Origin: Flavobacteriales bacterium UBA2798
Lineage (GTDB): Bacteria > Bacteroidota > Bacteroidia > Flavobacteriales_D > UBA2798
Assembly: GCA_002351955.1 (NCBI GenBank)
Contig: DEHO01000041.1
Location: forward strand, 62,840-76,174
Length of the DNA stretch: 13,335 bases
Direction of reading: 5' to 3'
A model generated the notes under the pieces. It did no database searches and was not told where the DNA came from. It saw nothing but the letters and a program-made list of their open reading frames with translations. Shown piece after piece: positions 7,073-13,335 of this stretch. Positions within the stretch are counted from its first letter, which is position 1, and each line of letters opens with the position of its first letter. The position numbers and the translations under genes are program-made.

Positions 7073-9838
7073 ATGTCAGAATCCAAAGCCATACGCCTGA
7101 CGAAAGTCGCACGAGAATTAAACGTGGGACTGGCGACCATTGTAGAATTTCTGAACAAGAAAGGCTATAAGGTAGAAAACAACCCCAATGCCAAGATCGA
7201 TGATGAGATCTATGGAGTGTTGCTTGCCGAATACCAGACCGAGAAATCGGAAAAGGAAAAATCGCGCAAGGTAACCAGCAGCACCAAAGAGAAGCGGGAA
7301 ACCGTTACCATCACCGAAGTGAAACGTCCAACCCGCGATCAGGATGCTGAGCCGGAAGAGGAGATCATGATTAAAAACGTTCCGGTTAAAAACGAACCGG
7401 AAGTTGTTAAGCCAAAAGTGGAATCCGATGTAAAGGTTTCTGTAATTGGAAAAATTGATCTGGGAACAGTTGGTAAAAAGAAGACCACCAAAAAGGCAGC
7501 GGAACCTGAGGTTAAAAAAGAGAAGGAAAAAGAAAAAGAAGTAGAAAAGCCCGTTGAAAAACCGGTTGCCAAAAAAACAACTGCCAAGAAAACAGAAGAA
7601 CCCGCGCCGGAACCGGTTGCTGAAGCTCCTGTTGCAGTTGAAACACCTGTTGTAGTTGAAACTCCCGTTGAAACTCCGGTAAAAGAGGAAGCAATACCTG
7701 TTGTTCCGGAAATTGAAACACACAAAACGGAATACAGCAAACTGAGCGGACCAAAAATCGTTGGTAAGATCGATCTTCCTGTTGCCCGCGATAATCAAAG
7801 TTCTTCTTCGGCAGGTGAGCGTAAAAAACGCAAACGCATTAAGAAGGTCAACATCGACCAGGCGGCAAAGCAACAAACGCAGCGCGACAATCAGAAAAAA
7901 CGTCCCGAACGCAATGCGCCAAAACCGGAAGTCACAGCAGAAGATATTCAGAAGGAAATCAAAGAAACTCTTGCCCGCTTAAGCAGTCAGGGAGGAAAAT
8001 CAAAGTCCTCGAAAATTCGCCGCGAAAAGAGAGATATCCGGACTCAGTTACGCGAAGAAGAAATGATTCGTGCGGCCGAAGAAGAAAAAGTGTTGAAGCT
8101 TACCGAATTCGTAACGGTTTCTGACCTTGCAAAAATGATGAATGCTTCACCCACGCAGATCATCTCCGCCTGTATGACACTCGGAATTTTTGCATCGATC
8201 AACCAGCGTCTCGATGCAGAAACCATTGCAATCATCGCAGAAGAATTCGGTTACCAGGTACAATTTGTTACTGCCGATATTCAGGAATCGATTGATGAAG
8301 ACGATCAGGATGATCCCGAAGATCTGGTTTCTCGTTCTCCGATTGTAACTGTAATGGGTCACGTCGACCATGGTAAAACATCATTGCTCGACTATGTCCG
8401 TAAAGCCAACGTAATTGCCGGTGAGGCCGGAGGTATTACACAGCACATCGGTGCCTACGCCGTGCAGCTCGATAATGGCAAAAAAATCACCTTCCTCGAT
8501 ACTCCGGGTCACGAAGCGTTTACCGCAATGCGTGCACGTGGAGCCAAGGTAACCGACATCGCCATCATTGTAATTGCAGCAGACGACTCTGTGATGCCAC
8601 AAACCAAGGAGGCAATCGCACACGCACAAGCGGCAGGTGTACCTATGATTTTTGCGCTCAATAAAATTGATAAGCCGGAAGCCAAACCCGATAAAATCCG
8701 TGAAGACCTTGCCAATATGGACCTCCTCGTTGAAGAATGGGGCGGGAAATTCCAGAGTCAGGAAATCTCAGCGAAAAAAGGTTTAGGTGTAAAAGAACTC
8801 CTCGAAAAAGTATTGCTCGAAGCAGAATTGCTCGATTTAAAAGCAAATCCGAATCGCAGAGCAAAAGGAACAGTCATCGAATCGATGCTGGATAAAGGAC
8901 GCGGATACGTATCTACAATCCTTGTTTCTTCCGGTACACTCGAAGTTGGAGATGTATTGCTTGCAGGATCCTACAGTGGTCGTGTTAAGGCGATGTTCAA
9001 CGAACGCGGTTCAGCCATTGCAAAAGCAGGTCCTTCTACTCCGGTTTCCATCCTTGGATTGGACGGTGCACCAAATGCAGGTGACCTCTTCAATGTAATG
9101 GATGATGAACGCGAAGCAAGAAATATTGCAACCCGTCGTCAGCAACTCTTGCGCGAACAGGGAATGCGTACGCATAAACATATTACGCTCGACGAAATTG
9201 GTCGTCGTCTCGCAATCGGCGACTTCAAGGAACTTAACATCATCATTAAAGGTGACGTTGACGGATCTGTAGAAGCACTTGCCGATTCTTTGCTCAAACT
9301 TTCTACCGACCGTATCCAGGTGAAGATCGTTCACAAAGGAGTTGGTGCTATCAGTGAAAGTGATGTATTGCTTGCATCGGCATCCAACGCTGTTATCATC
9401 GGTTTCCAGGTTCGTCCATCAGCAGCCGCTCGTCGTCTTGCCGAAACGGAAGAAATCGATGTACGCCTCTATTCCATCATTTACAAAGCCATCGAAGAAG
9501 TAAAAGACGCGATGGAAGGAATGCTCTCTCCGGAGAAGCAGGAAAAAATTATTGGAACAGTGGAAGTGCGTCAGGTATTTCGTATCACCAAAGTGGGAAC
9601 CGTTGCAGGTTCATACGTGCAGGATGGAAAGATCACACGTCAATCCAAAGTACGCGTTATCCGCGATGGTATTGTTATTCACGATGGCACACTCAACCAG
9701 CTTAAGCGTTTCAAGGACGATGTGAAAGAAGCAACAGCAGGATACGAATGCGGATTGAGCATTAACGGCTTTAACGACATTAACGAAGGCGACATCATTG
9801 AAGCTTACGAAGAAGTAGAAGTGAAGAGCAAGCTCTGA
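7073..9838 (+). CDS. infB: Translation initiation factor IF-2.
   Basis: It is 921 aa. It has the IF2 N-terminal domain ([26 protein letters not shown]), a low-complexity linker, G-domain motifs [20 protein letters not shown] and NKIDK, and C-terminal beta-barrel domains. It lies immediately downstream of nusA. Confidence 0.95.
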   Translation: MSESKAIRLTKVARELNVGLATIVEFLNKKGYKVENNPNAKIDDEIYGVLLAEYQTEKSEKEKSRKVTSSTKEKRETVTITEVKRPTRDQDAEPEEEIMIKNVPVKNEPEVVKPKVESDVKVSVIGKIDLGTVGKKKTTKKAAEPEVKKEKEKEKEVEKPVEKPVAKKTTAKKTEEPAPEPVAEAPVAVETPVVVETPVETPVKEEAIPVVPEIETHKTEYSKLSGPKIVGKIDLPVARDNQSSSSAGERKKRKRIKKVNIDQAAKQQTQRDNQKKRPERNAPKPEVTAEDIQKEIKETLARLSSQGGKSKSSKIRREKRDIRTQLREEEMIRAAEEEKVLKLTEFVTVSDLAKMMNASPTQIISACMTLGIFASINQRLDAETIAIIAEEFGYQVQFVTADIQESIDEDDQDDPEDLVSRSPIVTVMGHVDHGKTSLLDYVRKANVIAGEAGGITQHIGAYAVQLDNGKKITFLDTPGHEAFTAMRARGAKVTDIAIIVIAADDSVMPQTKEAIAHAQAAGVPMIFALNKIDKPEAKPDKIREDLANMDLLVEEWGGKFQSQEISAKKGLGVKELLEKVLLEAELLDLKANPNRRAKGTVIESMLDKGRGYVSTILVSSGTLEVGDVLLAGSYSGRVKAMFNERGSAIAKAGPSTPVSILGLDGAPNAGDLFNVMDDEREARNIATRRQQLLREQGMRTHKHITLDEIGRRLAIGDFKELNIIIKGDVDGSVEALADSLLKLSTDRIQVKIVHKGVGAISESDVLLASASNAVIIGFQVRPSAAARRLAETEEIDVRLYSIIYKAIEEVKDAMEGMLSPEKQEKIIGTVEVRQVFRITKVGTVAGSYVQDGKITRQSKVRVIRDGIVIHDGTLNQLKRFKDDVKEATAGYECGLSINGFNDINEGDIIEAYEEVEVKSKL
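7507..7712 (+). repeat. Low-complexity short tandem repeat tract inside infB, encoding the [17 protein letters not shown] and [18 protein letters not shown] linker.
   Basis: Direct imperfect 12-18 nt repeats are visible (gttgaaacacctgtt / gtagttgaaactcccgtt / gaaactccggta) together with AAAGAAAAAGAA runs. This is typical of the variable IF2 N-terminal linker. It also generates spurious long antisense ORFs. Confidence 0.6.
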
Positions 9839-9948
9839 TCACTGAGCCTGATCCTTCGTTGATTTCCTTCTCACTGTTGAAAACCTGCAGGGCTTTTGCT
9901 GTAACTTAGTACGACCCCTTTCGTATTACTTGCTGCTAAACCAATTTC

Positions 9949-10527
9949 ATGAGTAATTTTTCCGCCTGGTGGAATTCCATTTCCACTTTCGAACAGACAC
10001 TCTGGGCAATCGCACTGGGATTCTCACTGTTCTTTTTACTGCAAACCATCTTCACCGCTTTTGGTGGCGACACCGATTCCGAATCGGCCATGGGTGATGC
10101 CGAAGATCTGGGAGACGGTATCGATTTTCAATTTCTGTCACTGAAAAATGTAGTTGCCTTTTTCACCATGTTCGGTTGGGTTGCGCTTGCTTGTCATAAA
10201 GCAGGATTGCATCCGGCACTAACGATCTCCCTGGGAACAATTGCAGGTGTTGCAATGGTAGCTCTTATGATGGTGCTTTTCCGCTCAATGGCGAAACTTA
10301 AACACAGCGGAACACTCAAAACCGCAAACGCCATCGGACATACCGGCGAAGTGTACCTCACTATTCCTGCCGGAAAAGGCGGACAAGGAAAAATTACCAT
10401 TTTGCTGCAAGGCACCATGCGCGAACTGAGTGCGGTTACTGATGAAGCGCAGGATATTCCCACCGGGAAACTTGTAAAAGTTACGGGACTTTTCAACGAA
10501 CATGTCCTGATTGTTGCTCCGGTTTGA
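9949..10527 (+). CDS. NfeD-like OB-fold membrane protein (short NfeD / YqiJ-YuaF-like, the usual partner of flotillin).
   Basis: It is 192 aa with 3-4 N-terminal transmembrane helices. The C-terminal segment is a soluble beta-rich region, GEVYLTIPAGKGGQGKITILLQGTMRELSAVTDEAQDIPTGKLVKVTGLFNEHVLIVAPV, matching the NfeD C-terminal OB-fold pattern (G.V.....G..G.V.......A.......I..G..V.V...G..L.V). Its stop is 38 nt upstream of the flotillin gene. Confidence 0.75.
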   Translation: MSNFSAWWNSISTFEQTLWAIALGFSLFFLLQTIFTAFGGDTDSESAMGDAEDLGDGIDFQFLSLKNVVAFFTMFGWVALACHKAGLHPALTISLGTIAGVAMVALMMVLFRSMAKLKHSGTLKTANAIGHTGEVYLTIPAGKGGQGKITILLQGTMRELSAVTDEAQDIPTGKLVKVTGLFNEHVLIVAPV

Positions 10528-10565
10528 TTTTTAGTCTATATTTTCACACATAAATCTTTTTTACT

Positions 10566-12128
10566 ATGTCAGAATACGTTTTGATTGCCATTGGCGTCGC
10601 AGTTCTCTTCTTCTTCATTCTTCTTTCTGCGATTTTTCGTCGCTACAAACGTTGTCCATCCGACCAGATTCTTGTTGTGTATGGTAAGGTGGGTCGCGGA
10701 AAAGACGGAGACCGAACTGCAAAATGTATTCATGGTGGAGCCGCATTCATCTGGCCCGTATTCCAGGATTACGCCTTCATGGAACTTACGCCAATGTCGA
10801 TCGAGGTGAATCTGACCAATGCGCTTTCGCGTCAGAATATCCGCGTGGATGTTCCGTCAAAATTTACGGTTGGTATCTCCACCGATCCCGGCATCATGGA
10901 AAATGCAGCAGAGCGTCTGCTGGGATTAGGTCGTGCCGATATTCATTCGCTTGCCAATGATATTATACTTGGTCAGATGCGTCTGGTTGTTGCCATGATG
11001 GACATCGAAGAGATCAACTCCAACCGCGATAAATTTCTTGCCAACGTTGCATCGAATGTGGAAGCCGAATTGAAAAAAATCGGTTTGAAACTCATCAACG
11101 TAAACATCACCGACATCAAAGACGAGAGCGGATACATTGAAGCACTCGGTAAAGAAGCCGCAGCAAAAGCCATCAACGAAGCAAAGAAATCAGTTGCTGA
11201 GCAGGAGCGTATGGGTGAAGTGGGTAAAGCCATCGCCGAACGTGAGCGTGATGTAAGCATGCAGCAAACCCAAAAGGAACGCGACGTACAAATTGCAGAA
11301 ACACAACGCGACAGAGATACTTCGATTGCCAGCGCGATTAAAGACAGAGAAATTTTAATTGCACAGGCAAAACGTGATGAACAAATTGGTAAAGTGGAAG
11401 CCGACAGAGACACCCGTATCAAATCGGCGGAAGCAAATGCATTAGCAGTAACCGGAGAAAACACCTCACGCATTCAGATCGCCCAATCCGAAGCTGCACG
11501 AAGAGAACGTGAAGCAGAAGCGCTTCGCATTGCAATCGCAGCAGAAAAAGTGCAACAGGCAAAAGCCCTCGAAGAAGCCTATACCGCAGAACGAAATGCA
11601 GAAGCAGCCCGTGCAGAACGCGAACGTGCATCACAAAATGCCAACATCGTTGTAAGCGCAGAAATAGCAAAGCAAAAAGCCATCATCGAAGCACAGGCCG
11701 AAGCAGAAAAAATACGTGAGCGCGCCAAGGGTGAAGCCGATGCGATTTACGCCAAACTCGAAGCAGAAGCACGTGGTGTATACGAAATGCTCACCAAACA
11801 GGCCGAGGGGATGAATGCCCTTGTAAATGCAGCCGGAGGTAATTCCAAAAATGCGGCCTTGCTGATGATTGCCGATAAATTACCTGAACTGGTGAAACTG
11901 CAATCCGAAGCGATTCAAAATATCAAGATTGATAAAGTAACCGTTTGGGACGGTGGCCAGAACAGTGAAGGAAAAGGATCAACTGCAAACTTCGTTTCAG
12001 GTTTGTACAAATCTGTTCCACCGCTCAAAGATATTTTTGACATGGCCGGTCTGGATATTCCTACTTACCTGGGAAAAGAAAAAGGGAAAAACGATAACGA
12101 TATTGTTGACGCGGAAGAAGCGGAATAA
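10566..12128 (+). CDS. Flotillin-family SPFH/Band-7 protein (YqiK/FloT-like).
   Basis: It is 520 aa. It has an N-terminal transmembrane helix (VLIAIGVAVLFFFILLSAIF), an SPFH domain (ILVVYGK...IHGGAAFIWPVFQDYAFMELTPMSIEV), a long Ala/Glu/Arg-rich coiled-coil flotillin domain with periodic ERD/EAEA repeats, and a C-terminal tail. It is adjacent to an NfeD-like gene, as in the yqiJK and yuaFG operons. Confidence 0.9.
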   Translation: MSEYVLIAIGVAVLFFFILLSAIFRRYKRCPSDQILVVYGKVGRGKDGDRTAKCIHGGAAFIWPVFQDYAFMELTPMSIEVNLTNALSRQNIRVDVPSKFTVGISTDPGIMENAAERLLGLGRADIHSLANDIILGQMRLVVAMMDIEEINSNRDKFLANVASNVEAELKKIGLKLINVNITDIKDESGYIEALGKEAAAKAINEAKKSVAEQERMGEVGKAIAERERDVSMQQTQKERDVQIAETQRDRDTSIASAIKDREILIAQAKRDEQIGKVEADRDTRIKSAEANALAVTGENTSRIQIAQSEAARREREAEALRIAIAAEKVQQAKALEEAYTAERNAEAARAERERASQNANIVVSAEIAKQKAIIEAQAEAEKIRERAKGEADAIYAKLEAEARGVYEMLTKQAEGMNALVNAAGGNSKNAALLMIADKLPELVKLQSEAIQNIKIDKVTVWDGGQNSEGKGSTANFVSGLYKSVPPLKDIFDMAGLDIPTYLGKEKGKNDNDIVDAEEAE

Positions 12129-12150
12129 TCTTCTCCGAATAAAACACTGA

Positions 12151-12714
12151 TCATCGATTGTTAAAATCGTTCATCGTCCGCTGTAATCCTGCGGTGCTGA
12201 AACTTTTAATGATCTCGCAACACAGTTCGATGCGTTGTGGTAATGTTTTGTTTTCTTCTTCACCCCATTTCCCGAGAACATAATCCGATTGTTTTCCCTT
12301 GGAAAACTCTGCGCCAATACCAAATCGCAGACGCGGATAATTGTTGTGGCCCAATACGGCCTGAATGTCTTTTAATCCGTTGTGACCCCCGTCGCTTCCT
12401 GCAGGACGAATTCTGATTTTCCCGAAGGGCAGTGCAAGATCATCGGTAATAACAAGCATGTTTTCCGGACTGATCTTTTCCTGCTGCAACCAGTAATTGA
12501 CCGCCTTACCGGAGAGATTCATGAAGGTAGTAGGCTTGATGAGCACAAGTGTGCGTCCTTTGAATTTTACCTCAGCAACATGTGCCAGACGGTCGCTGGT
12601 AAAAACAGCACTGGACGCCTTTGCGAAGGCGTCCAGTACCGAAAAGCCAATGTTATGGCGTGTATCTTCATACTCGCTGCCGATGTTGCCTAATCCTACG
12701 ATCAGATACTTCAT
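12151..12714 (-). CDS. pth: Peptidyl-tRNA hydrolase.
   Basis: It is 187 aa. The N-terminal motif is MKYLIVGLGNIGSEYEDTRHNIGF, matching the canonical LIVGLGNPG..Y..TRHN.GF. The sequence also contains GKIRIRPAGSDGGHNGLKDI. It lies downstream of rplY/ctc, which is conserved synteny. Confidence 0.95.
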   Translation of the reverse strand: MKYLIVGLGNIGSEYEDTRHNIGFSVLDAFAKASSAVFTSDRLAHVAEVKFKGRTLVLIKPTTFMNLSGKAVNYWLQQEKISPENMLVITDDLALPFGKIRIRPAGSDGGHNGLKDIQAVLGHNNYPRLRFGIGAEFSKGKQSDYVLGKWGEEENKTLPQRIELCCEIIKSFSTAGLQRTMNDFNNR

Positions 12715-12732
12715 GCAGCTTTCTGTTTGCTA

Positions 12733-13317
12733 TTATTTTTTCGCAGCTGCGGCATCTTTTGCTTCAGTGGCTACGTTACGGGTAGTTTCTACTGCAGCAA
12801 CCACAGATTCGGCTGTTTCGAGTAAACGAAGACCATCGATGCTGATGTTCTTAACACGAATGTTTTGTCCGATGTCAAGTTTTTCAACGTCAACAATAAT
12901 CGCTTCAGGCAACTTTTCAGGAGCGCCCATTACATTCATTTTACGGTAATTCTGAACGAGTTTACCCCCCTTTTTCACACCCTCAGGTGATCCGGTTAGA
13001 CGAACAGGAAGTTTCAGTTTAACAGGTTTGTTGGGAACCAGTTCAAGAAAATCGATATGCTGAAGGCGATCTGATACTTTGTGAAACTGAACATCCTTAA
13101 CAATAGCGTTGGTCTTTTTACCTGCGATATCCAATTCAACGTTGTACACGTCGGGACTCCAGATTACTTTCTTTAAAGCGATTTCGTTAATAGAGAAATG
13201 CGTTTGACCATTACCGCCATAAAGCACGCAAGGAATCAATCCCTTGTTGCGCAGGTCGGAAGCATCTTTTTTCCCTACGTTCGCACGGGGCGAACCGCTC
13301 AATGATACTTTCTTCAT
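12733..13317 (-). CDS. rplY: 50S ribosomal protein L25 / general stress protein Ctc.
   Basis: It is 194 aa. It has the L25/Ctc beta-barrel N-domain (NKGLIPCVLYGGNGQTHFSINEIALKKVIWSPDVYNVELDIAGKK) and a C-terminal Ala/Lys-rich tail. It is translationally close to pth (18 nt), and ctc-pth gene order is widely conserved. Confidence 0.9.
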   Translation of the reverse strand: MKKVSLSGSPRANVGKKDASDLRNKGLIPCVLYGGNGQTHFSINEIALKKVIWSPDVYNVELDIAGKKTNAIVKDVQFHKVSDRLQHIDFLELVPNKPVKLKLPVRLTGSPEGVKKGGKLVQNYRKMNVMGAPEKLPEAIIVDVEKLDIGQNIRVKNISIDGLRLLETAESVVAAVETTRNVATEAKDAAAAKK

Positions 13318-13335
13318 TTTTATTTGTGTTTAATT

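Noticed and set aside
7118-7876. Long antisense ORFs (252, 133 and 80 aa on the - strand) overlapping infB.
   Set aside because: They lie entirely within the low-complexity repeat linker of infB. Their translations are low-complexity F/N/R- or S/T/G-rich strings with no domain features. They are artefacts of the repetitive A/G-rich coding strand.
9884-9898. CCTGCAGG palindrome plus GCTTTTG as an infB terminator.
   Set aside because: At most a 2-3 bp stem can form with a usable loop, and the U-tract is only 4 nt. This is too weak to call an intrinsic terminator.
10973-11670. Antisense ORFs of 166 and 83 aa inside the flotillin coiled-coil region.
   Set aside because: The sense strand encodes a well-supported flotillin domain. 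The antisense translations are Ser/Ala/Leu-rich low-complexity strings, as expected opposite a GAA/GCA-rich region.
1-13335. Search for mobile elements, CRISPR arrays and defence systems.
   Set aside because: There are no transposase or integrase ORFs, no terminal inverted repeats flanking a block, no direct-repeat or spacer arrays, and no nuclease, ATPase or methyltransferase genes. The window is dominated by conserved housekeeping synteny (rimP-nusA-infB and rplY-pth).

Overview
This window looks like a chromosomal segment from a Bacteroidota-type genome. The evidence is the absence of Shine-Dalgarno sequences upstream of starts, a TTTG-N20-TAnnTTTG promoter-like motif, and the presence of a MORN-variant repeat protein and a DUF2723 protein. 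The + strand carries, in order: the 3' part of a large DUF2723 (TMEM260-like) polytopic membrane protein; a minimal CE4/NodB polysaccharide deacetylase; a LysE/RhtB-family exporter; a secreted MORN-variant (MORN_2, so-called YwqK-like) repeat protein; a strong intrinsic-terminator-like hairpin; the conserved rimP-nusA-infB operon; and an NfeD-like OB-fold membrane protein plus a flotillin/SPFH (YqiK/FloT-like) protein. The flotillin gene converges on pth and rplY(ctc) on the - strand. I found no tRNA, rRNA, CRISPR array, transposase or integrase. All CDS appear intact, and the first is truncated by the window edge. Several starts in the ORF track are TTG extensions, and I moved two of them (the MORN-variant protein and rimP) to internal ATGs. 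The items most worth a second look are a promoter-like motif followed by a terminator hairpin in the rimP leader, which may be an attenuator, and the NfeD-flotillin pair sitting directly downstream of infB where rbfA/truB usually sit, with no terminator between them. Other observations are a DUF2723-CE4-LysE envelope cluster, the secreted MORN-variant protein and a tandem ETPV/KEKE repeat linker in IF2. Nothing here is demonstrably a novel defence or mobile system, and the functional interpretations are inference.
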